Positions 1-8,586 of a stretch of 64,000 bases of DNA are shown in pieces. The stretch is from Alphaproteobacteria bacterium. Lineage in GTDB: Bacteria; Pseudomonadota; Alphaproteobacteria; Rickettsiales; UBA998. Where the stretch lies: the NCBI GenBank assembly GCA_004292675.1, contig RDXO01000020.1, forward strand, positions 7 through 64,006, given 5' to 3'. The notes under the pieces are model-generated. The model was not told where the DNA came from. It saw only the letters and a list, made by a program, of their open reading frames with translations, and ran no database searches. A program made the position numbers and the translations under genes. How positions within the stretch are numbered: position 1 is the first letter of the stretch; the number at the start of each line of letters is the position of its first letter.

Positions 1-103
1 TCTGTGCCATAGCCCTTCTCCTTTAGCCAGTTGATTACATTCTGCCACATTATGGCATCTGATGCAACCCAACCTGACGGGGATGGACATATATGAATAT
101 TTT

Positions 104-178
104 ACTCTCCCGCTTGCGGGGGAGTCCAAAAATCAAGGGTTTTCAACGAAAAACCGCAGATGATTGGGTGGGGGGGGG
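104..178. repeat. Dispersed intergenic repeat, family B (CTCCCGCTTGCGGGGGAG hairpin followed by a second GGTTTTC..GAAAACC hairpin and a G-run)
   Basis: Similar to copies at 5936..6000 and within 15846..16030. It contains two short inverted repeats. Confidence 0.7.
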
Positions 179-236
179 CATAAGACCAAATACATAGCGT
201 GAAATATTGACATAATGCGAGAGGTAGCAAATCAAA

Positions 237-266
237 TTCGTCATTCCTGCTTTAGGCAAGCATCCG
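237..266. repeat. Dispersed intergenic repeat, family A (GTCATTCCTGC...GCA(G/A)GCATCC-type hairpin unit)
   Basis: TCGTCATTCCTGCTTTAGGCAAGCATCC resembles units at 3868, 15846, 18654, 21110 (reverse), 22553 and 24457. Confidence 0.6.
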
Positions 267-495
267 GCAACATTAGTAAGACACCCGCGTGCGCGTAAAG
301 CATATTTTTGGTCAACCGACTACATATGTGTTGATAGAGCCGCCCAATAAAATCTTTTTTCATAAGGCGAGAAGCGTGGTTTTTAATAACCATGGCTTAA
401 ATAGTACATAGACGTACATGAGTTTTTAGTGCGGGCAAACAATCGTGATGTGCTGACCATAAGAAGGAGATTCCAACCAACTCCTAACGAGTCTT

Positions 496-532
496 GAAAA
501 AGACCACAACCATAGTGGTTGCGGTCTTTTTC
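496..532. terminator. Bidirectional Rho-independent terminator hairpin
   Basis: GAAAAAGACCACAACCA-TAG-TGGTTGCGGTCTTTTTC forms an 11-bp stem with one mismatch, flanked by an A-run and a T-run. It lies about 10 nt downstream of minus-strand ORF 543..743. Confidence 0.6.
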
Positions 533-542
533 AGAATCGGTG

Positions 543-743
543 CTACCTTAAAATGTCCTTGAGCGGAATCACCTGCAGAGACATATCTTCGCCCTCCATA
601 ACAACTGTTTTCACTTTAGAATCATACTTAGATCTAGAACCAGAACCAGAATTGGAGCTAGAGCTAGAGCTAGAGCTAGAGCTAGAATTGGAATCAGCGT
701 TGGAGTTAGAGCCAGCGTTGGAGTTAGGATTGAAGCCAATCAT
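543..743 (-). CDS. Small Ser/Asn-rich hypothetical protein (66 aa) with a poly-Ser tract
   Basis: The ORF is followed immediately by a strong terminator. Its poly-Ser run is encoded by the (AGCTCT)n reading of the hexanucleotide repeat. No clear RBS and no recognisable family. Confidence 0.3.
   Translation of the reverse strand: MIGFNPNSNAGSNSNADSNSSSSSSSSSSSNSGSGSRSKYDSKVKTVVMEGEDMSLQVIPLKDILR
655..686. repeat. Hexanucleotide tandem repeat (GAGCTA)n, about 5 units, within a wider low-complexity tract at about 629..735
   Basis: Direct reading gives GAGCTAGAGCTAGAGCTAGAGCTAGAGCTAGA, flanked by related GAACCA and GGAGTTAGAGCCAGCGTT units. Confidence 0.9.
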
Positions 744-1081
744 AATATCAGTGGGTTTGTGTACAAAAAAAATAGTTCAGACTTAAACATATCATGTTTT
801 TCAAAGTAACGCAACAATAATTTTCTCGCTTAATGTTGAAATACACCAGTCACTATCCTATATATTGAAACGCCACGCACTGTGCCTTTCATGCATCATA
901 TGCGCAACTTTATGCACGGGCGGTTTATTTTTCTTACCACCAAACCCAAGGCAATCACTAGAGTTTAGCATAAATACATTTTTTCATAAGAAATAATTTG
1001 AGATACATTAACCTGTTTGTAACCTGCAATCCGTATAATCAAGATTATAGGTGAAGATATACAAATTATTAGGTTACTATC

Positions 1082-2911
1082 ATGGTTTCATTGCAAACAT
1101 TGGGGCAAATGCAGGAGTCCTACAGCACCATAGAGGATCAGTTGCGCCGAAAAAGTGCCCTAAGCCTCCCGCTTTCCACAAAAGCGCAGGTCGTGAAGGC
1201 GCAAACATTGAACCAACATGGCAGGATCGATGTACGCACCCTTACCTTAGAATCGAATCTTCGTCTTAGCGCGAAAAAAGACCCGATCATACAGAACAAT
1301 TTGGCACGCGGTCAAACCATGATGGATGTTGCCGATGGGGGCTTAAAAGAAATAGGGAGCATCATCACGAAGATGGAATCACTTGTGCAGCAAAGTGCTT
1401 TAGCCACCACAACCACCAGCGAACGCGCCATGCTTCATGCTGAGTTTATGCACCTACGCGATACCATAACGACGACGGCACAAACCACCAAATTCAATGG
1501 TATGGAATTAATCAGCGGTCAACGTGGCGATCCCTTAATCATCACTCCGAATGCGGCAACAGGGGCAGGATCAAACTTAACGGGAACAAATGCAGCAGAA
1601 TTTCTCACAGGGACAGCCAATGATGATACCCTAAATGGTGGCGCGGGAAATGATATTCTCACAGGCAATGGTGGCGATGATCTTTTTCTCGATCAAAGCC
1701 AAGTAGGGTTCACGGCGGTGACAGGTCGAATCTATGATTACACTACGGCAGGCTCAGTTACAAACCCAGCTCAGGCATCTACCATTGCTGCTGGGACTCC
1801 AAGAGCGCAATTTACTGCCACAAGAATAGATTATCGACAAGGTTCATTTGATCACGTTAAACGCTTTTTGAATTATAATGGCAATACAGACGGAAATTCT
1901 CTTACTGGCGATACCGCATGGGTAAATTCAAACCATTCCAATGAGACGGTAGTCTATGCAATGGAGGGTTTTCTCTGGTCTGCCACGGCTGGAACATTTA
2001 CTATGTCCATTCAAGGTAATGATGGATTCCGACTTAGAGTCAATAACACTACGGGTACTACAAACGGCACAAACAATACTATTATAATGGACGGTGGCAG
2101 TGGCACTAGAACAAATACGAACATGGTATTTAATCAAGGCTGGAACAGCTTTAATCTAATATATTATGAAAATACAGGTAATGATTTTCTCCATATTACG
2201 CACAATATAGGCGGGGGAGCTATGCGTACCCTTGATAACACCGTCATGTCAGGCACGCAGGCTTCTGCCGTCAATGGCGATGATACGTTTACTGGCACGC
2301 AAACAGGCTATGATATTGTGCAGTTCAGTGGCAATCGCGCCGATCATACCATTACACAGATTTCTGATCGCGTCTTTCGCGTACAAGATAACCGCGTCGG
2401 CTCTCCCAATGGTACGAACATTCTCAACGATATTGATATTGCACGTTTTGCTGATGGCGATCATCAATTCACCTATTATAATCCTAAAACCATTACCCTA
2501 CACATCAACGAAATCACAGGTGATAAAATTATCTATGAAGTACTTGATGCACGCAGCAGCGCACTATTTGAGCGCAGCAACATATCTCTACTCACACAAG
2601 CGGAAGCAACATCAACCCTTAGCGATATAAGCAAGGCAAGGGAGTTACTTGCACAACATGAAAATTATGTTGCGGGCATACAATCCGATCTGCATTCAGT
2701 CAGCACACAACATGACACAATCGTCAATGCAAACAAACAATCCTATCATACAACGCACCACCTTCTAGGTGATGTTCCATCACATACACGCGATTATTTG
2801 AATCAATTTAGTGGCAAAGAACTCATCCAAGCACAAATGGGGCATACCCATGAAGATGCTTTGAGGCAGTTACTTATGTCCTCACTGATCGACACAAAAA
2901 CATTGCATTGA
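1082..2911 (+). CDS. Flagellin-superfamily protein with a large central insert (RTX-like Ca-binding nonapeptides plus a PA14-like domain)
   Basis: The N-terminal block LARGQTMMDVADGGLKEIGSIITKMESLVQQSA...TTKFNGMELISGQ matches the conserved flagellin N-domain pattern. The C-terminal helical region ends in LLMSSL, as in the paralog at 3043. The centre carries GTANDDTLNGGAGNDILTGNGGDDLF and a PA14-like pattern (GRIYDY...EGFLWSATAGTFTMSIQGNDGFRLRVNN...WNSFNLIYYENTG). Confidence 0.7.
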   Translation: MVSLQTLGQMQESYSTIEDQLRRKSALSLPLSTKAQVVKAQTLNQHGRIDVRTLTLESNLRLSAKKDPIIQNNLARGQTMMDVADGGLKEIGSIITKMESLVQQSALATTTTSERAMLHAEFMHLRDTITTTAQTTKFNGMELISGQRGDPLIITPNAATGAGSNLTGTNAAEFLTGTANDDTLNGGAGNDILTGNGGDDLFLDQSQVGFTAVTGRIYDYTTAGSVTNPAQASTIAAGTPRAQFTATRIDYRQGSFDHVKRFLNYNGNTDGNSLTGDTAWVNSNHSNETVVYAMEGFLWSATAGTFTMSIQGNDGFRLRVNNTTGTTNGTNNTIIMDGGSGTRTNTNMVFNQGWNSFNLIYYENTGNDFLHITHNIGGGAMRTLDNTVMSGTQASAVNGDDTFTGTQTGYDIVQFSGNRADHTITQISDRVFRVQDNRVGSPNGTNILNDIDIARFADGDHQFTYYNPKTITLHINEITGDKIIYEVLDARSSALFERSNISLLTQAEATSTLSDISKARELLAQHENYVAGIQSDLHSVSTQHDTIVNANKQSYHTTHHLLGDVPSHTRDYLNQFSGKELIQAQMGHTHEDALRQLLMSSLIDTKTLH

Positions 2912-3042
2912 TAATGTCGCATTAATTTTAGCTTTTACCCTACCCCCCTCGTCTTTCACTGTCACATCTTAGCAAAAATGTATGAAGAAAGAATTACCAC
3001 GCTTAAAAATAAATTATCCAACTAAAACAAAAGGTTAGAACT

Positions 3043-3813
3043 ATGGTTACTTTTCAATCACTCCGCCATCTGACGCGCACACAAAGCCTGATGGAAACAC
3101 AACTCAAAGAACGTACTCCTCTACACGATTACAATATTCTCAAAACACCAAACGTAAATCAAACAACCTTCACTCCGTTTGAAATTCCCCTCGCATCCCA
3201 CACCGAGCGCGCCATGCGTCAAACCGTTGCACGGGCGCAAACCCAGATCAATGTTGCTGATGAAGGGCTACATAACATCGGTCAAGCATTGCAGCGTATG
3301 CACGCCATTGCCAATGAAAGCTCCCTAGAAACAACATCGGATGATGCACGTGCGATGCTGCACACTGAATTTATGCAGCTCCACGATCATATCGCACATA
3401 TTGCGCATACAACCGAATTTGAGGGAATGCATCTACTTAATGGCAACCAAGTGCTTGATGCAAGCAGCGAGGCATTCTTTGATCGCGCCACTATGTCTGT
3501 CGAAACGCAATCAGAAGCCGAGCAAACCGTTACAGATACATCTAAAGCACTGCATCTGCTCACAGAAAAACAGAGCTATATTGCCCAGCGTCGCGCCAAT
3601 ATCAACTTCACACCTACCGAACTCAGCAACAATGACAATCCAGCAACCACTGCGCCTATCACAGGCAATAATGCGCCGCCTCCACAACTACCGTCAGAAT
3701 TTGCGCAATTATTCAATCAATGGAATCCCACAGAAATGATCCAAGCGCAAGGAGGGCGCACACAACAAGAGCCGTGGAGGGAACTGCTTATGTCCTCACT
3801 CTTTGGGAGATAA
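3043..3813 (+). CDS. Short divergent flagellin-like protein (256 aa)
   Basis: It shares the N-terminus (MVTFQSL vs MVSLQTL), the flagellin N-domain block (ARAQTQINVADEGLHNIGQALQRMHAIANESS...TTEFEGMHLLNG) and the C-terminal ...MIQAQ...ELLMSSL with ORF 1082..2911. An AAAGG RBS-like sequence lies upstream. Confidence 0.65.
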   Translation: MVTFQSLRHLTRTQSLMETQLKERTPLHDYNILKTPNVNQTTFTPFEIPLASHTERAMRQTVARAQTQINVADEGLHNIGQALQRMHAIANESSLETTSDDARAMLHTEFMQLHDHIAHIAHTTEFEGMHLLNGNQVLDASSEAFFDRATMSVETQSEAEQTVTDTSKALHLLTEKQSYIAQRRANINFTPTELSNNDNPATTAPITGNNAPPPQLPSEFAQLFNQWNPTEMIQAQGGRTQQEPWRELLMSSLFGR

Positions 3814-3867
3814 TGCAAAAGCACCATAAATCATACGCTTATAGTGCTTTTACTGTTATATAACTAC

Positions 3868-3943
3868 CACGTCATGCTTGGCGTAAGGCAGGCATCCAGA
3901 ACAACGGCTCTCGCTGGACTCCTGCTCTTAAGCAGGAGTGACG
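3868..3943. repeat. Family A intergenic repeat, two hairpin modules
   Basis: GTCATGCTTGGCGTAAGGCAGGCATCCAGAACAAC... plus GGACTCCTGCTCTTAAGCAGGAGTGACG. It lies in the convergent gap between the flagellin-like gene and the RTX gene. Confidence 0.7.
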
Positions 3944-3954
3944 CATATGTTCTC

Positions 3955-5817
3955 TTAAGAAACAAACTCAAAATCACTCGCACTCAACAGATTCACAACA
4001 TTCCCAAATAATTCTACCTCAAATGCACCATTATCAGATGCAATCACCGTCTGCCATTTTGTCGCATTAAAACTAATGTTCAGATCAGACATGCTGCGAA
4101 CTCCTGTCTGTTGCGTGAGACGGAGAATATCTTGTGTATCAGTGAAATCACTGATGCGATGACGACCTGCGCCTTCAAAGATAAACACATCATTACCTGC
4201 TCCGCCTTCTAATAAGTTTGCACTCGAGCGCGCACTTACCAGCACATCATTACCTACGCCACCATAGACACTATTATTCCCTGAACCGCTATACAGCATA
4301 TCATTGCCAGCTTCGCCATTGATAATATCCGCGCTTTCATTGCCATAGATCACATCATTGCCTTCCCAACCAAAGAGCGAGTCATTGCCTGAGCCGCCAT
4401 AAAGCGTATCATCGCCCAAATCACCACCTAAGCGATCATTACCCTGTTCACCATAGATCAGATCATTGCCTGTCCAGCCCCAGATCGAATCATTACCTGC
4501 ACCGCCATAAAGCGTATCATTGCCAGAATCACCCTTGACTAGATCATTGCCAGACTCACCCGCGATGAAATCATCACCTTCACCACCTACTAGGGAATCA
4601 TGGTGTTCACCGCCATAAAGCGTATCATTGCCCACACCACCGTTCAAAGTGTCATTACCAACGTCACCCCCAAGGAAATCATTGCCTTGTTCACCGAAGA
4701 ACAGATCATTGCCCGACCATCCATAGATCGTATCATTGCCTGCACCACCATACACCGTATCATTGCCTGCATCAGCAAACACAACATCATTACCCGCTTG
4801 AGCAAAGGCGGCATCATTGCCCCCCCCCAGCGCGATGGTATCATTGCCTTGCTGCCCAATGCGTACATCCATGGCATCACTACCATTCATCACCAAGCCC
4901 GTTGTGGTGTCACCATTGGCTTTTTTCATGGCTTCAGGTTTAATTCTTTGCGCCGTTTGAACATTGATTGGCACTTCAATATCACTCAATGCCCGATCCG
5001 TAATAAGCGGAATATAATTAGGCGATAGCTCCAACAACTTATCCACAACATAGGATTGAATCTTCGGATCGGATGGATATTCAATACCCAACACAAATTT
5101 ATCCGCATTCAATGCTTGCTGTATATATTTCAGATCAAAGCGCGACCACGCAGGATAAAGTTGATTATCCAGCGTCAAGATCGCTTCTTTTACCACGCCA
5201 TCAAGAGCATTCAACAACCGCGTATTCGGAGCGAACTCAGCATTAATATCAATAATTTTCTCTCTATTGGCATTAAAAAGCATCAGCGGGTTATTCGGAA
5301 TAATCTTGAAATCAGGGTTGATTTTTTTCGCAAATTCAGAGGCACGCACGATAAAATCTTCCATCTCTTGATAAACATCCTTGTTCACCAAGCCACGTGC
5401 GCGATCTGCTTCATACGCAGCCTTGACATCAGGAAATAAAAATGCATCCGTCACATCAAACACCACACCTTCATAGCCACGTAGCATGATATTATTAAGC
5501 AAATTACTAAGCACTTGTTGTTGCCAACCTTCATGCCAATATTTAACACTATACGCGCTATCAAAACCGTTTTGTCCATTGCCAATCAGATATTCAGGGG
5601 GCTTCACATCCCAATTTGCGGAATATTCACGCGCTCTGCGTCCTTGCCCGAACTCAAGGTAGGAAACTAACGTTTTTCCATCGGAGGACAGATCGGAAAT
5701 CTGCTCTACGGTGAGCTTGCTTTCATCCTTATCAACGACCCATAATTTTGTGTCACTTGCTTTGATGCTATTATAAGTAGCATTGATGAGTTGGTACATA
5801 TAAGGTGATTCAGCCAT
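3955..5817 (-). CDS. Secreted RTX-repeat protein with an N-terminal GH114-like (endo-alpha-1,4-polygalactosaminidase-type TIM barrel) domain
   Basis: The N-terminal ~300 aa show the PF03537-like pattern (...DGKTLVSYLEFGQG..REY...YWHEGWQQ...GYEGVVFDVTDAF). About 24 GGxGNDxxx nonapeptides follow by my count, then an acidic/hydrophobic C-terminal tail typical of type I secretion substrates. Confidence 0.8.
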   Translation of the reverse strand: MAESPYMYQLINATYNSIKASDTKLWVVDKDESKLTVEQISDLSSDGKTLVSYLEFGQGRRAREYSANWDVKPPEYLIGNGQNGFDSAYSVKYWHEGWQQQVLSNLLNNIMLRGYEGVVFDVTDAFLFPDVKAAYEADRARGLVNKDVYQEMEDFIVRASEFAKKINPDFKIIPNNPLMLFNANREKIIDINAEFAPNTRLLNALDGVVKEAILTLDNQLYPAWSRFDLKYIQQALNADKFVLGIEYPSDPKIQSYVVDKLLELSPNYIPLITDRALSDIEVPINVQTAQRIKPEAMKKANGDTTTGLVMNGSDAMDVRIGQQGNDTIALGGGNDAAFAQAGNDVVFADAGNDTVYGGAGNDTIYGWSGNDLFFGEQGNDFLGGDVGNDTLNGGVGNDTLYGGEHHDSLVGGEGDDFIAGESGNDLVKGDSGNDTLYGGAGNDSIWGWTGNDLIYGEQGNDRLGGDLGDDTLYGGSGNDSLFGWEGNDVIYGNESADIINGEAGNDMLYSGSGNNSVYGGVGNDVLVSARSSANLLEGGAGNDVFIFEGAGRHRISDFTDTQDILRLTQQTGVRSMSDLNISFNATKWQTVIASDNGAFEVELFGNVVNLLSASDFEFVS

Positions 5818-5935
5818 AAAAATTCTCTTAAGGGTATAGGTTAGTGTTTAATTTTAATTAACAAGATACATCACTTCTAACATATTTTTTCCTTAGCGTC
5901 AAGAGTCTCCTTTGATAAAATCAGCGAATTGCAAC

Positions 5936-6000
5936 CCTTCACATTATGTAAATATTTCATGCTATGCATTCGATCTTATGCTCCCCCGCCTGCGTGGGAG
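5936..6000. repeat. Family B intergenic repeat
   Basis: CCTTCACATTATG...CTATGCATTCGATCTTATGCTCCCCCGCCTGCGTGGGAG is near-identical in its core to 15885..15958. Confidence 0.75.
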
Positions 6001-6088
6001 TAAACCATCCATATCTCAAGAATGATGATAAGAAGCATCACTATTTTCACTAGACAAACGCATAGAAAAACGGCATACTGTCCGCCTT

Positions 6089-6286
6089 ATGACGATGAGT
6101 TTTGCCAAATTAATTTTGATTGTGTTCGTACTGTTGCTGTTTTTTGGTGCAGGGCGTTTGCCTCGTTTAATGTCCGATGTCGGTCGGAGCATTCGCGCTC
6201 TGAAAGATGGTCTGAAGGATGAGAAAAAGCCCTCAATCCCTGAAGATACGGCATCCCTTACAACGCGTCCTTCTGATGACGTTTAA
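6089..6286 (+). CDS. tatA: Twin-arginine translocase TatA/E-family protein
   Basis: A single N-terminal TM segment is followed by FGAGRLPRLMSDVGRSIRALKDG, the TatA hinge and amphipathic-helix signature. No tatB or tatC is adjacent. Confidence 0.8.
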   Translation: MTMSFAKLILIVFVLLLFFGAGRLPRLMSDVGRSIRALKDGLKDEKKPSIPEDTASLTTRPSDDV

Positions 6287-6294
6287 GAACACCC

Positions 6295-8460
6295 ATGACG
6301 ATTGTGCGCCTTGCCCGCTTATGCGTACCCGTAATAGTGGATCGCCTCTTTGATTATGAAATCCCTGAGGATATGAATCTTGATCTTGGGGCGTTGGTGC
6401 AGGTTAATTTTGCAGGACGCATGATGTGGGGCGCGGTGTGGGAACTCGCCACCATTCCACGATCTGAAGCGCATCCCAAGCTCAAACCCATCATCGCCCA
6501 TTATGCCCATCTCCTCCCCCTAACGGCATCGTTACGGCATTTTCTCACGCTGTGCGCCCAATATAATTGCACACCACTCGGTATGATGCTCAAATCATCT
6601 TGCCCCCATATGGATGCACAGCAAACCGAACCAACAGAACGCTGGATATGCCTTGTGCATCGTGATATTCCTGCATCGGCAGCCCGCACTAAACTCTTTG
6701 ATCTATTGCACGAGGGGAGCAAACCCTATAGCGAAGTGCGCGAGGCAGGCATATCGAGTGCAGTGTTGCGCAGCGTTGAAGCCTTAGGCGCGATACGTTA
6801 TGAGGATCGAGTGCGCACCACCTTGCCCCCTCCGCCCTTATGCGTACACGCCCCTACCTTAACCCACGCCCAAAGAGAAGCAGCAGATCGCTTAATTGCA
6901 GCACAACATGAAGGCTATCAATGCTTTATGCTAGACGGCGCAACGGGTTCGGGCAAAACGGAAGTATTTTTTGAAGCAACCGAAGCTGTGATCCGCGCTG
7001 GTAAACAAGCCGTGCTATTGCTTCCTGAAATTGCTTTATCGCTCGGCATCCAACAACGTGCGGTGCAGCGTTTTGGCATTGAACCCGTCTTATGGCATTC
7101 ATCACAAACCCCGTCACACCGCATTCGTGATTTACGGCGCATCCTGAGTGGTGAGGCGCAACTCATCATTGGCGCACGTTCTGCCTTATTTCTGCCCTAT
7201 CCACATTTGGGTCTGATTGTCATTGATGAGGAGCATGAAAGTTCCTACAAACAAGAAGATGGTGCGCATTATCACGGGCGCGATATGGGCTTGCTGCGTG
7301 CGCGTATTGAGGGCATACCGATCGTTCTGGCTTCTGCCACTCCTTCTCTTGAAACATGGCACCATTGCCAAGAGCAACGCTATCACAGCATCATACTTGA
7401 ACGTAGAGCAGAGCAAGCCCTGCTGCCCGTCATTCATCGCGTTGATATGCGCAAAGAATCCTTACCAAAACAACGCTGGATTTCTACCCCGCTACACAAC
7501 GCCATACAGCGTGGCTTAGCTGCCAACACACAAAGCCTACTCTTTCTCAATCGTCGTGGCTATGCACCCTTAACCTTATGCCGTTCCTGTGGTCATCGCT
7601 ATGAATGCCCCAGTTGCTCCGCGTGGCTTGTGTATCACGCCCAGCATCAGCATCTTCTGTGCCATCATTGCGGTCTCACCACACCGCTTCCCCCAACCTG
7701 CCCTTCATGTGGCGCATCGCATGATCAATTATCGATGGTAGGGGTGGGTATTGAACGCATTGCGGAGGAAGCGCGCACCTTATTTCCTGAGGCACGCTTA
7801 TGCGTTTTAAGCGGTGATTCTCATGATAAAACCCATGAAATGCAGCACGCATTGGATAGTATGCAGCGCAATGAGGTTGATATTATCATCGGCACGCAAT
7901 TACTCGCAAAGGGGCATCATTTCCCTCACCTTGCTTGCGTTGGGGTCATTGATGGTGATAGCACCGCCATGGGTAGTGATGTGCGTGCTATGGAAAAAAC
8001 CTATCAATTACTGCATCAATTAGCGGGACGTGCAGGGCGTGAACAAGTGCGAGGCGAGGTGTACATCCAAACCTATCAACCCGAAACTCCGATGATGGAT
8101 GCCCTATGCTCATGGGATCGTGATCGGTTCATGCGCTTAGAATGCGAAGAACGGCGCAAAGCATCCATGCCCCCCTATAGCCGCCTAGCCAGCCTCATCA
8201 TTGAAGGTCGCCCTGAAGAAGAAGTGCAGCGCATTGTCAAAGAGGCGCAAAAAAACCTCCCCCATGTTGAGGGCGTGCATGTGTTTGGGCCTGCCCCCGC
8301 TCCCTTATATAAATTACGCAATAATTATCGCTATCGCTTTTTGTTAGTGGGTGGCAAACGAACGGCGTTGCAGCCTATCATCAAAGCGTGGTGCGCGACC
8401 ATAAATCCCCCCAAAACCGTACAGCTCCGCATTGATATTGATCCCATTTCGTTTGTTTAG
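6295..8460 (+). CDS. priA: Primosomal protein N' (replication restart helicase PriA)
   Basis: Walker A DGATGSGKTE, DEEH box, Cys-rich zinc-finger block (CRSCGHRYECPSCSAWLVYH...CHHCG...CPSCG), and a length of 721 aa. Confidence 0.95.
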   Translation: MTIVRLARLCVPVIVDRLFDYEIPEDMNLDLGALVQVNFAGRMMWGAVWELATIPRSEAHPKLKPIIAHYAHLLPLTASLRHFLTLCAQYNCTPLGMMLKSSCPHMDAQQTEPTERWICLVHRDIPASAARTKLFDLLHEGSKPYSEVREAGISSAVLRSVEALGAIRYEDRVRTTLPPPPLCVHAPTLTHAQREAADRLIAAQHEGYQCFMLDGATGSGKTEVFFEATEAVIRAGKQAVLLLPEIALSLGIQQRAVQRFGIEPVLWHSSQTPSHRIRDLRRILSGEAQLIIGARSALFLPYPHLGLIVIDEEHESSYKQEDGAHYHGRDMGLLRARIEGIPIVLASATPSLETWHHCQEQRYHSIILERRAEQALLPVIHRVDMRKESLPKQRWISTPLHNAIQRGLAANTQSLLFLNRRGYAPLTLCRSCGHRYECPSCSAWLVYHAQHQHLLCHHCGLTTPLPPTCPSCGASHDQLSMVGVGIERIAEEARTLFPEARLCVLSGDSHDKTHEMQHALDSMQRNEVDIIIGTQLLAKGHHFPHLACVGVIDGDSTAMGSDVRAMEKTYQLLHQLAGRAGREQVRGEVYIQTYQPETPMMDALCSWDRDRFMRLECEERRKASMPPYSRLASLIIEGRPEEEVQRIVKEAQKNLPHVEGVHVFGPAPAPLYKLRNNYRYRFLLVGGKRTALQPIIKAWCATINPPKTVQLRIDIDPISFV

Positions 8461-8586
8461 ATATTTCTAGTCACGGCACAGGGATGATAAAAAATATGTA
8501 CATTACCAAAAAAGGTAAGTATAAATTAACTATTGTACTGCTATACTGTAACAGTACTTCCTTTCGCTATAGCTACCCTTTGAATT

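Noticed and set aside
1-94. A minus-strand reading frame starting at about 94 (MSIPVRLGCIRCHNVAECNQLAKGEGLWH...) and running off the left edge.
   Set aside because: Only about 31 codons are visible and I recognise no family. This is too little to call a gene.
553-786. A + strand ORF translating as ...LELELELELELE... across the hexanucleotide repeat.
   Set aside because: This is a mirror-frame artefact of the (GAGCTA)n repeat. It has no terminator or RBS support. The minus-strand reading is the only one backed by the terminator, and even that call is weak.
787-3042. Sigma-28 (TAAA-N15-GCCGATAA) or other flagellar promoter motifs upstream of the two flagellin-like genes.
   Set aside because: I found only weak partial matches, for example TAAA...CCAACTAA upstream of 3043 and a TATAAT-like hexamer near 1035 without a properly spaced -35. 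This is not enough to annotate.
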